This document shows, one piece after another, positions 1 through 11,718 of a stretch of 64,000 nucleotides of DNA. Within the stretch, counting starts at the first letter, position 1; each line of letters starts with the position of its first letter. The notes under the pieces were generated by a model. It saw only the letters and a list, made by a program, of their open reading frames with translations. It ran no database searches and was not told the DNA's origin. A program made the position numbers and the translations under genes. Origin of the DNA: Octopus sinensis (taxonomy: Eukaryota); assembly GCF_006345805.1 (NCBI RefSeq), contig NC_042999.1:95356001-95420000 (forward strand), written 5' to 3'.

Positions 1-29
1 AAAATTAGAGAGAATGAAAAAGCAATGCT

Positions 30-158
30 CAAACACACAGACACAGTAAAGGCTATAAACATAATGAGAGTATAAATACACACAAACACAAACACACACA
101 TACATGCATACACACACTTGAATGCATAAAATATGTATATATATATATATAGATATAG

Positions 159-192
<34 letters not shown>

Positions 193-1110
193 CTCCTCTC
201 TCTCTCTTTCTCTCTCTCTATATATATATATACATATATATATGTTAATAATAATAATATGACAACAAAAGAATGAATGAGACCTTGATATTATGTAAAT
301 TAGAGGAATTTATCTATAAATATATGTGACAATAGCTGAAGACTGTTCTAGCATCTCATCAGTTATTAAGACAAATGCTATGAAGAAAACTGTTGAATAA
401 AAGCAAAGTAATACTTCAGTCATAGAATCCGCATATGCACACATATACATACACACACACACATTTATGTATATAAATATCTATATACCTACTCACACAC
501 GTGTGTATATATACAAACACACATATATACATATGTCTTTGCATACACGCACATACACATGTATAATATACCCATGCATGCATCACTACACTCATATACA
601 CATTTCTACATGCACACACACATATATATATGCGGATATACAAAACGTAGTTTATATGCACATGCATACACAGAAAGATGCTTATACAAATAAAAACATA
701 TGCAAACACACATGCATCATTATGTTCATATACACATCTCTATACACATATATACATACATACGTGGATATACCAAACGTAGTCTATACACACATGCACA
801 TACATATGCAGATAGACGTATATACAAATAAAAACATATATGCAAAAACATAAACTGTTAAACATTCACATTCGCTGCAAAATTTGAATATATAAATGAG
901 ATATATATGTATATACACAAATACACCCTCCTGTCTGTCAAACACATCTACACCTGCAGATATATAAACGTACATACATACGTATATGTATGAAGGAAGG
1001 AGACAAGTACAACAGGTAGAGTCTTGCACTCATATATACATATGTGCAATCATTTGTGCACCTGTATTAGGCACACACATACACATTAGGTATATACTAC
1101 ATGCGTATAA
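30..1110. repeat. Compound (AC)n/(AT)n/(CT)n microsatellite-rich low-complexity region
   Basis: Dinucleotide runs are directly visible; the ORFs here are Y/I/H/T/C/V-rich repeat translations. Confidence 0.9.
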
Positions 1111-1114
1111 GTTA

Positions 1115-3010
1115 CACAATTATAAAGGGTGAAAAATAATAAACAAAAGAAATATATAATGTGATAAAATATATATAAGAAATATATGAGATGTTAAGAC
1201 ATATGAAAGGCTTGTATGTGGACATAATATAAAAAGCAGGTTCTATCTGTGATCTTGGGGGGTCCAAAACCATAGCAAATGTTTTGCCGTATGTTGACAT
1301 GACCCAAAAAGTTCAGTTCTTGAATTTAGACATGTAGCGGTGTCTAAAGAACTTTTCCAGATAAGCCAGCTTTCCATATCGCAAAGGTCGTGCTTTTTAC
1401 TGCTGTTGGTGTAAGGCTTACACTTGGCCAAGATCAGCCAGTGAATCTTATAGCGGACACCTTTTTCTTTTAAGGACCATATATAAGTGGATAATTTAGT
1501 TGTTTTCATTTTATTCCAGTGTCTGAAGCTTAAGGTGTGATCGTTGAACTTTGCTGTAAAATTTCCCTCTGTGAGACCCACATATTTCTTTGACGAAACT
1601 ATGTCCTTAGTGGTTGCAGAGTCTACGATGGCTTCATAAATGATGGCCTTGGTCATACAAGCTCCATTTAGCGGGCACAAATTTTTAACTCTGCAGGAAC
1701 AGCCAGCTTCATTTTGTTGTTTTTGTGTGTTGTGCGCAATTATATTTTTAAAGTTAGTAGTAGAACTAAAACTAGTTTTTAAGTGGTGCCTATTAAAGAG
1801 CTTTCTATAATTATAATTGATTGGAAAATGCCTATCTATAAGTGATAAGAAATATCTACCTATATTAAAAGTGACTTTGAAGGAGTAAAGTGGTGTGAAC
1901 CAGATAATTTTCCTATTCCTATTTTACCTTTTCTTTGTTATAGGACTAATAACAGGTGTACAGGTTATTTCCTTGCTAAAACTACTATATTTTAAAGCTT
2001 ATTATATATTGGGGCAACACTATTAAAAAAGTTTATATTGGAGGAGAAGCTAGAAATTCTCTTGCTAATGGTTTTAACTAAATTCTTAAATACTATGGGG
2101 GGATGGCAGGAACCTATATTAATATAGCTAAGTCTATCGTTGGGTTTTCTATAGGGTTTGTAAATATTCTTATTTAAATTTAAAGATACATCTAGGAAAT
2201 TGACAACCGCCAGGTTGGTATCTATTGTTATGCTAAGATCGAATGTTTTCATCATTTTGGATAATGTCCTTCCTAAACCAATCTTGCACTGGTCCATTGG
2301 TGTTTGTGGTTAAAGCTAGAGCATCATCTTTGTAAATGGTGAAATATATATCAGGAGAAGTTTTACCCAACGTATCAAGTAGGAATAGTCCAATGAGATC
2401 GCATATGCCTGCTCCATCATATGATCCCATGCTCACACCAAAGGCATCCTCTGTATCGGTTGTCTTAACCCACTCTGCTTTCTCACCGAAGAGTAAAGTC
2501 TTTCTGGCATGGAAGATTATGTCCTTATCTTGTGTACTAGTTTCTATAAATTCGCTTGCAAAGGTGAATACTTTATCGAGCAGTACCTAAGAGATAGAAG
2601 CATAGAAATCTACAATATCAAATTATGTAAATCTCACTTTTTTTTTTATTCCTAATGGCATTAAACCAGTCAATGACTTCTATACTATTAGACCATTGTA
2701 CTAACCTAGTAGCATTTCTGACTTTAGCATTGATTTTTCCTAAAATTTCTTTACTAATAATACCAATTTCTGAATTTGCTGGGTTAATAAGTCTACATCT
2801 AGGATTAAATAGGAAGTTCTTTTTATGGTCTTTAATAGTTATAAAGGCCTCTTTTTTGGGGAGGACCTCTATTTTCTTTTATCTAATTTAAGCCTGGCAG
2901 CGATGATTAATGTTGTTATAAACTTGTGGTCTATCTTTAGTGTAATTATTAATAATGTTGTTATATAGAAGTCGTGAGTATCTGCTGTTTTCTACAAGGT
3001 ATAAGTTCTT
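1115..3010 (-). mobile_element. Penelope-like retroelement (RT plus C-terminal GIY-YIG), frameshifted
   Basis: Minus-strand fragments MGSYDGAGICDLIGLFLL..IYKDDALA (RT core), VNFLDVSLNL..YKPYRKPND..YINIGSCHPP (thumb), then CPLNGAC..IIYEA..YVGLTEG (GIY-YIG). Confidence 0.9.
1243..1680 (-). pseudogene. GIY-YIG endonuclease domain of the Penelope-like element
   Basis: ORF track 145 aa: CPLNGACMTKAIIYEA...YVGLTEGNF..FNDH..SF...LSTYIWSLK...W.IL...PY...DLC..E...LNSRTELFGSCQH. Confidence 0.88.
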
Positions 3011-3131
3011 GGCAATGTAATATGGAGAGATATTGTGAAAGCTGCCTCATACAATAACAATGAGGAAATATGCTTACCTATATGCATGCACATGCACATA
3101 CACACCTTCATGCATACCTACACATGTACAA

Positions 3132-3293
<162 letters not shown>

Positions 3294-3294
3294 T

Positions 3295-6200
3295 ATAATA
3301 AGTTATGTTATAAATTAGAAATTTTCAAAATATATTCTTTGTTCTGCTGCAGAAAAAGTGAACAACAAGTGACAAAATGACAACATGGTCTGGTTGATTC
3401 AGCTTAATGGTGTGCATACTAACTAAAAACATTTTCAGAAACAGAAAGCCCAAACAATAAAATATTAAGATCATTACAAAGGTAAAAATAAAAAATATAT
3501 ATAACATGAAAATAAAATTTAGATATTGTGAAGATAAAATTTGCAAGACATAAGTGTAGAGTTATTTAGTGATTATAAAAATACATTAAATGTGATATAT
3601 ATCTGTGGCAAAAAGGAAAAAATCATGTATAACAAAGTCTGATGGTCTGAAAAAGAAGTTGGGTATTAGAAACACACTATAAAGTGACACCAAAAACCAA
3701 ATTATAAAACGGAAATGGGCTATTTTAAAAGATGGACAATGTTTGGTGAAGCTTATATGGGCTATCTATATGGAATGGATTGGCAGCACAAAAGGTACAT
3801 AGATGAGTGTCTGCAGAAATTCAAAAGCTTTGTTTTGCGGTTCGCTCAACCATAACGAACATCTCATAGAATTTTGGCATGATCCATGCCTGTAAGGGTT
3901 AGCTTTCTTCAAAATAGACTAATATTTTTGTTTTAAATGGTGTAGAGGAGCCAACTGCTTTTAGTTGCCATACATGCTTAGCTAGACTTATTGCCGACCT
4001 CTTCTCAGGATATTTGAAGGTATTTCTGCGTGAATGAGGTCTTGTTTTGAAATTGTTTTCTATCGCATCAGTATAAGTTTTGTATGCAGTGGAACTGTCA
4101 ATTTGTACCTTAGTTCTCTATATAACACCTTTATTTAGGCAATTACCATTTAAAGAACATCTTCTGAAGTTTTGACATTAAACGACGATAATGATGACGA
4201 TGATGTTTGTCAGCAATTCTGATAGGTTTGAGAATGGTCATTTTGTGCTGGTTGACAAAAGAAGCGAAGTTTTTGCAACAAGAATAGTTAACTTCTTGGG
4301 TTCTTCTGTTATAGACTCAGTGATATTTATGATCACTTGAAAAATATCTAAATACTAAACTTTAAAATTCTCTACCTATACTAGCTCTAAGGCTTATGCT
4401 AAATGTTAAATTATACCACAAAACTTTTCAAGTTCTAGTTCAACGATATTGTTTGGGGTTGTTTCCACAAGTGACATAGGGGTTCTCTGAGAATCCATTA
4501 TTGCTTTTTACGGCAATGTAATACAAAGGAATATCATGAAAGCTGCTTCATCCAATGACAATGAGGAATTATGCTTACCTATATCGCTAATCACATTCTT
4601 GAGAATATATGGCAGGTGATTTGACCATTTGGTGATATAGGATAGCCTTTCATTAGGCTTCTGATATGGCTTAAGTGCATTAGATATCAAATTCAAGTTG
4701 ATATCTGAAAAGCTAACACTACTAAAATTTCATGTCAACTGAAAATTTAAAACCTATTTGTTGCAAGAATGCAATGATTCTTCCAATCAAGTTTATGCTT
4801 GTTGATGTAATGGGTAACTAAAAAGCTGTCATCCCTGTATAAACTTGCATCTAAATAAGGAAATTTTTAAGTAAATGATGCAAGATATATACACCTATGG
4901 CCATAGATAATTCTGCTCTATTGTACTTGCCCTTCGGCATATCGAACAAAGTATCCCCATCCTTCTTGACCTAGGTGGAGTTGTTGAAAAATAGCAAGGA
5001 TTTCTTGTCGTGTTGGATGATGTCAACATCAGAGTTGCTGACAGGTATTTACTAATTAACAAAATCTAGTACCTTGTTACAGGTGGGTAAAAGTCAACAA
5101 TATTGAACTAGGTGAACTTATAGTTATTCTTATCGTTAATTTTCTTAAACCAGTTTATAACAGACATGCTGTTATCTCATAAAAGGAATTCAATGACTCT
5201 ACTAATTCTATGGGGAATGGATTCTAAAGTATTCTTGCTAATTACGTTTTAACTGGGTTAATTAGTCTACACTTGGAATTTCTGCTAAAATTTGTTTTGT
5301 GGTCAGTCTTTAAAGGTAAGTGGTGGAAGGTACTCTCTATCACTGATACTAAGGCTGCTTGTGCTTCTTCTTGCTTCAAGATTTGTCTCTCTGTATAAAA
5401 TATTGTCTGCCTTCCTATATGTATCTGTGATGTTATTGGGAGAAGCCTGTTGCATAAATTTTTGTCCACAGCACAGAGGGTTTGTATTAACTCAGACTGA
5501 GCAAACATTTTGTCTGAGTTCCTTATATTAGTTACGTTTTTTTTTTTCCTTCAGAGTCCCCTGGAATGCCTCATTTAGTGTATGAAATTTTATTTTCCTG
5601 GTAAGGTCAAACAGGTCCTTCTTAAAAGGTTCTAATTACTCGTTTGCCAGAGGGTTCTTCCTGAATTTGAAATCCTACTTGTAGACAGTGTTGCCTCATT
5701 CTCTCTTATTGAGAAAATACACTTGCTATTTTATTATGTGGATGAAATCTTTGGTTTTCTCTATAAAGTTTGTCTAGTATTGCTAATTCAATGCAATTGA
5801 GATGTTCTTTATTGAAAAATTCAGTGTGCGTAGTTCCATTTTCGAACTTTTTCTTCCTCCTCTGCCTTATTTAAGATATAATGGTCTGTTTTGGAGAAAG
5901 CCAAGCCTTACAGACATGGATTGGGCCAAAAGTCTATAAGATATCCATTTTGCTTGTGTAAAATGTACTTTATACTATTCCAAGACAAATCTTTTTATAA
6001 AATTCAGTTTTTGATGGAACTTTATTGTGTATTTCCGACTCCCAACTTCTTTTTCAGATTGTTGAAGTTTGTAATACACAATTTTTTGTGGCAGTAATCA
6101 TTATATTTAATTTGTTTTTTTTTTTCCAACCAACCAATAATTCTGGATTTACATTTTACAAATTTTATCTTCATATTATATACATATTTCTTAATTATAC

Positions 6201-6400
6201 CTTTATAACGATCTTAATATCTTATCACTTGGGTTTTCTGTTTCTGAAAATGCTTGTAGTTACTATGCACACCTTTAAAATGATTCAACTAGACATGTCA
6301 TTTTGTCACTTATTCATTTTTTCTGTTGTAGTACTAAGAATATATATATATTTAAAATCATTAATTTATGATATAATTTATAATGTATTATACAATTTAT
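3295..6400 (-). mobile_element. Second, decayed near-full-length Penelope-like element with an inverted pseudo-LTR
   Basis: Minus-strand remnants from a likely start near 5839 (MELRTLNFSIKNISI) through CRLINP and KPYQKPNERLSYITKWSNHLP to the endonuclease tail. 5870-6400 is a diverged inverted copy of 3295-3935. Confidence 0.8.
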
Positions 6401-6418
6401 AAAAACCATATTTATATA

Positions 6419-7560
6419 TACCAGGATGAGTCAAAAGATTTTTGGTATTTCAAGCTTAAATTAATAGTTCAAACAAATTTCACATGTTAAGTGTTTATTC
6501 ATCAACATATGTGTCATCATATTCTATTGTCTGTTGCAATCATTGTACCAGAAGCTCAATTCCATACTTGTACCATGCACATGTTTTCAGTCCCAACCAC
6601 ATTGTTGAATCTTCGTCCATGCAGGATATGAGCCATAGCTTAGAAGGGGCAGTAATCTGATGGTACAACGTCTGGACTATAGCTAGGCGGCAGCACTTGC
6701 AGCCCCCTAAGTTCCTTGAGTTAGTGCTTGATCTCATTGGAGGTGTGCACTGGGGGGCATTGTTATACTGCATGAGAGCGTGTCTTCGCTTGAACAATAA
6801 CAGGGTAGTGGGCTTTCAAAGCATCATATACTCACTGCAGTTGTTGGTCATAAAGGTTCTACCAAACACAGAACATAACCTTCTGTTTGATGAAAGGTTC
6901 TAAAGCCTGGCAGGAACAAAGCCATTGACTTCTCTAGGCACAATTAGGAAAATAGATCCACATTTTGTTCCTAGTTACAATTCCATGTCAAAAACGGGCT
7001 TCTCGAGGATTTGCCAGCAGTTGATTGCAAACATTCATACTTCATTGAGCCTAGCCATTGGTCAGTTCATAAGGAACCTTTTGACGTCTCCAGAATTGAG
7101 GGAGTATTAATCCAAGTCAAGGCCTGCTTAATGACTAGGTCTAGCTCAGTGTGATGAGTGAAATGACCAGCATTTATGTGGCAAGACAGACCGTGAAGAC
7201 CTATGGGGGTCGGGGTGCCAACCACAGTGGCACTTCAGTCCTCTGCAGGCATCAGCTCGATGTGATGTCTCAATGGTGCACCTTTCCTGCTTCTATTTTT
7301 TTATGGTCTTTAGCAAAACAGTGATGACAGGAAGCTGCCCATGAACCCAATAGTGTGGAATTTAAATTTCTAATAATTTTATTGAAGTCATATAATAAAC
7401 TGTTTAATCGTTACTGTTCAAGTTCAGCTGTTTAAAGAAAATCCAGATTTGATAAAAGTGTCATTAATGTGATGTAAGTTGGCAGTGGGAATGGTGACAA
7501 ATTCAACAACTACTGATAGGTTGACAGCTGAATTGAAATTTTTCAATCTATGAACTGTAT
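6419..7560 (-). mobile_element. Decayed mariner-type DNA transposon
   Basis: Minus-strand remnants LMQYNNAP, SPDVVPSDY and WYKYGIELLVQ*LQQTIEYDDTYVDE*; TA-CCAGGATGAGTCAAAAG terminus at ~6419. The far end is uncertain. Confidence 0.7.
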
Positions 7561-7859
7561 CTTCATTTGTGAGGCATGACAAGTGAACAACACTAGATGG
7601 ATTTTTAGTTAAAATTCCATTAATACCTGCTGCAATTTTAATAAAATAATTGCTTATGGACAGGCAAAGAATTGAGAATATTACATGTTTTTTGAGTTAA
7701 TGTGTCAATTGTGGAACTCTGCCTGATAATGTAAAATATATCAATATCCTCTGGTTGCTTGTAGTTGTTAAAATTATTGCACCTCAAGTGTCCCACAAAA
7801 CGCACAGGTTCTGAATCTGAGTTTCTGTGAAAATTCGTTTGTTTTTTCCGTTTTACGAA

Positions 7860-8079
7860 TCCAGTGTGCACATGCGCATTGTATTTTAATACGCCTATTT
7901 CCAAACTAAGGAAATAGAGTACTGAAGCAGACGACAGTTGCTTCAATCATTTTTAAGAAAACAACTAAGATGGCGGCCACATTCGAATAAACAAGTCATT
8001 GGCGCTTCGTTTGTCATGACAAACTGCTAATTACACACATGCACTCTAGTAATTTGGCTGTTGAAATACAATGGTAAGT
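7860..8079 (+). promoter_or_regulatory. Putative promoter and first exon ending in ATG|GTAAGT (copy A)
   Basis: NRF1-like GCACATGCGCA near 7868, YY1-like AAGATGGCGGC at 7967-7977, local CpG enrichment, ATG at 8071-8073 followed by the donor GTAAGT. Confidence 0.55.
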
Positions 8080-8215
8080 TCGTACTGTAATGTTGTTTTA
8101 GCTTATTATGGACATTAGAATTTTCCTTCCTTCATAAACGGCCAACATATTTTAGTTTCGAAAATTTGGCTTTATATTTTCATTTATTAGTCAATAACTT
8201 TAAAGCAATTTATGA

Positions 8216-8370
8216 CAACGTTCTTAGTTCAAATTCAACCGAGGTCAACTCTGCCATACATTCTTTCGAGGACGATAAAATAAGTACCAGTTGAGTTTTG
8301 GAGTCAAAGTAATCGATTTATTTACTCGCTTCCCTGAAATTGATGCCCTGTGTCAAAACTTGAAACCAAA
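8216..8370 (+). mobile_element. tRNA-related SINE, family A
   Basis: AGTTCAAATTC..GAGGTCAACT..GATAAAATAAGTACCAG motif. Related copies lie at 8890-9060 (-), ~22850-22930, 40865-41075 (-) and ~55970-56100 (-). Absent from the paralogous segment near 9920. Confidence 0.7.
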
Positions 8371-8889
8371 TATATTTAGATTGTTTATAAAGTTGTTAAC
8401 TTGAAGAAATATTTGAACGAAGGCAAAAACTTCTTTATTCAAAATATGATTTGGAGTTGTACAAAAAGATAGAAAGCAAAAGAAAGTATATAAAAGTTTT
8501 GAATTTTTACGGTCAATTTCAGAGAGAAAACCATCTCATTTGAAGGCAAGCTACGTTCTTACTGATTTGGAGAATTCTTTGTGTGCATGTGTGTAGGTAT
8601 ATGTGTATGTATATACGCACGCACACTACACGCCCCCATATATATATTACCGTATTTGATGGGATATGATGCACCTTTTTTTAAAAAAAATAATGTCTTT
8701 AAAAATTTCCCCAAGTCCTGTGAGCAAAGTTGTGTCTCCCTTAGGTTTTCATACACTAAAAACTTTTCTCCTGAATATGCGCAGCTGAAATTGCAGCAAG
8801 TTTAATATCCCCGAGTGTCTTGACCATCTCAGCAGCTGTAGTTCCATTTATCAGCTGTTTCTTCTTTCTTTACTGTATTGAAGATACAT

Positions 8890-9060
8890 TAGTTTCAAAT
8901 TTTAGCCCAAGGCAAACAATTTTAGATGGCGGGATAAGTCGATTGCATCGTCTCCAATACTCAGCTGGCACTATTATATCTACCCCGAGAGGATAAAAGC
9001 AAAGTCGACCTCGCTGGAATTTATAGATGGACGAAATGCTGCTATTCATTTTGCCCGGTT
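8890..9060 (-). mobile_element. SINE family A, inverted copy
   Basis: Reverse-complement similarity to 8216-8370. Confidence 0.7.
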
Positions 9061-9599
9061 CCCCACCTTATATTTAAGATATATTGGTCTATTTTGGAGA
9101 GAGAGCTCATTCTGCTCTACCTTTGATATTCGAGTACTTTTTTTCTCATCTAGTTTTGCACTTGTGTGCTTTCTTGTGTTTGTGTGTCACTGGCGAAAAT
9201 AATTTAAGACCGATGATAAAAGTTCTATTTCTTACAAAATATTTTGTTACTAACACCATACAAATCATTTCTATCTTTTACACCTTATGCAGAATTTATT
9301 TCTCTTTCGAATGATGCAGACAATAACTATTTTTATACAACTTGAAGAATTCTAATGCTAAATTAATATAAACATAAACACCTTTATGTATATATACATA
9401 TGTGTGTATAATTGCCTAAATCAATATTCCCTTCTAATATATTTCGTCTTCATTATTAACCTTCGCAAATTATGTTGATAATTTATGTTACAGAAAAATA
9501 TGACGAAACTTCGTTAATAAAAAATATCAAAATCAAACACAAACAAACAAAATATATTTTCCTGAAGGAAAAGTAGGAAAAGCAAGTGTCACAGCTGCA

Positions 9600-9779
9600 C
9601 CACCTTCCGGTAAACACAGACTGAAGCAGACGACAGTTTCAATCATTTGCCAGACGACAAGGATGGCAGTGAAATTCGAACATAGGAATTATTGACGCCC
9701 CGTTTGTAATACAAATTGCTGATTATACACACACTCACACACACACTTATCATTCGGTAGCTGAAATGTAATGGTAAGC
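9600..9779 (+). promoter_or_regulatory. Duplicated putative promoter and first exon ending in ATG|GTAAGC (copy B)
   Basis: ACTGAAGCAGACGACAGTT is shared with 7921; ETS-like CTTCCGG at 9604; ATG at 9771-9773 followed by GTAAG. Confidence 0.5.
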
Positions 9780-10133
9780 TATAATTGTAATGTTTTAGTT
9801 TATAATTAACATTGGTATTTACGTTTCTTCGTGAACTGCTAATGTATTTTGGTTTCATAAATTTGGTTTATATTTTCATATGGGATATCTACTATGAGTC
9901 AATATATTTAAATCAATTTATTGTTTAAGCAGCTGTAAACTTTAGAAATATTTGATGGAAGACAAAATCTTCGCCGTTCAAAATATTATTTGTAGTCGTA
10001 AAAATGACCGAAACCGAAAGAAAGTACACAAAAGTTTTGGATTTTTCAGTAAATTTCTGAGACGACAATCTCATGAAGCCAAGCTACACCATTCTCATTG
10101 ATTTGATGTCTGAAGACGTCTTTATATGTAAAG

Positions 10134-10226
10134 GCGGAGGTAAAGAATACGTACACCACCCGTTTTCGGCGAAACAAAAACCCTAATCCTAACCCTAAAA
10201 CCGGGTGTACGTAATCTTTACTTTCG

Positions 10227-10227
<1 letters not shown>
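10134..10227. repeat. Small inverted-repeat element enclosing telomere-like CCCTAA units
   Basis: 24-bp inverted repeats (10134-10157 and 10204-10227, 3 mismatches) flank CCCTAATCCTAACCCTAA. Confidence 0.7.
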
Positions 10228-10302
<75 letters not shown>

Positions 10303-10604
10303 CAAACTGTATTTAATGGAATATGAGGTGCTTGTTTATTTTATTTGTTTTTTTAATAAAATTTCTCAAAAAAATTCCCGGGTCTTATATGCAAAGTTAA
10401 TACATCTTTTACCTCCGAACCCTTGCTGAAATTGCAGGGTGTTTAATATGCCCGTGCGTTTCAGCAATCAATCTAAATATGCAGTATTATATATCCATTA
10501 ATAAAGCTACTTTATTGACAAATACACTAGTGCATATTTTTTTCTGCTTTATGGTTTCTTAAACCTGTAACAAGCTCCTACATACTGCAGAATATATTGC
10601 TACA

Positions 10605-10670
10605 GGTCGCCCGCGCCTTGTGCATTATGTATATACATGTACATTTTTGAGGGTGTATGTATGTATGTAC

Positions 10671-10702
<32 letters not shown>

Positions 10703-11200
10703 TTAGGTAATTGTTCAGTATAGTTATATAAAAAATATATTAAGGGAAGATAAGTAGTTAAAGAAGCAGCATAATTTTTAAACAGCATAAAGACTGGCCG
10801 GTCGCCGCCAGAGAGAAAACGAACGTCTACTTTATCTCAGTGGAATTACGCCAGAGGAACTCCTGAAGATATGAAATAAACAATTCGTCCGATGTCCGAA
10901 ACTATCGTCTCAACTTCCGTTTCACTTGCATCTACAGGTTTTCCACATTTTGTGTGTGGACGTCTTGATCATGAGGTACAACGAAATATTAGTGTGTAAT
11001 CACTTCCTGCGTGTAGGACCACCATTGAGGATATCGATGTTACTATATGCTCGCTATCCATCGCTATGTGAGACCCAGGCAAAATCCACCTTTGTATCAG
11101 CTCAGTTAAAGTTTTTTCTGTGCGGTCAGGTATTTTGCCCGAAAAATATTTTCTTTAGATTCTCTCTATGCCACCGAATACCCAATGACCCTTTGCTTCT
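10605..11200 (-). mobile_element. Merlin (IS1595/ISXO2-like) transposase C-terminal pseudogene and probable element end
   Basis: Manual translation: KGHWVFGGIER..IPDRTEKTLTELIQRWILPGSH/SDG*RAY..VHTQNVENL*..KRKLRR..SYLQEFLWR. A GG-starting TIR-like end lies at 10605. Confidence 0.8.
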
Positions 11201-11254
11201 TTTAATACTTATCTCTTAATTTTATTGACTTATATACTTGGAGATGGATTGTTA

Positions 11255-11685
11255 TCGCTAGTGATAACAATACTCAAAATATATGAGACTGGAATTGTAG
11301 GCCCGTCTCTTGCAATTTCGATCAATTGGATCTTGTCCTCCCTCTTGTATAGAAGTGTACGGCTGCAGCGAAATTCATTTTTGGACTTTCTTCTATGGAA
11401 GGCATCTAAACAAAAATGCTTCGGTAAAAACGATGAAAATATTGTCAATTTCCCCAAACGGACACAATTCAATTTTTAAACAATAACCAAAGCCCCTTCT
11501 CCGACAGGGAGGAGGGTTACGGTTTACAATTATTTAACAAATGCAACACTACAACGTTTCTCTGACGAGGAACCAACACGTGATTACAATAGTCAAACAG
11601 TAATAATAATAACAACAAACCTTTTTAATTTATCCCCATTTATGTGAAACCACTTATTCAAGTTAAAGTCATTGATGCAATTGTT
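11255..11685 (-). repeat. Dispersed module copy 1 (internally deleted L1/Tx1-ORF1-like 5' segment)
   Basis: Near-identical to 13830-14260 and an inverted homolog of ~52020-52815. Confidence 0.85.
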
Positions 11686-11718
11686 CGATTATATAATAAT
11701 ATAAATAATATATATATT

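Noticed and set aside
325-405. CTGAAGA..GAAAAC (+) and CTGATGAG (-) hammerhead-like words
   Set aside because: Stems I-III could not be assembled around either core.
416-1029. ORFs rich in Y/I/H/T/C/V (also at 3035-3265, 56516-56981 and 61524-61961)
   Set aside because: They are translations of microsatellites, not genes.
11550-11600. CTGACGA and GAAACGTTG words in the dispersed module
   Set aside because: They lie on opposite strands and do not form one hammerhead.
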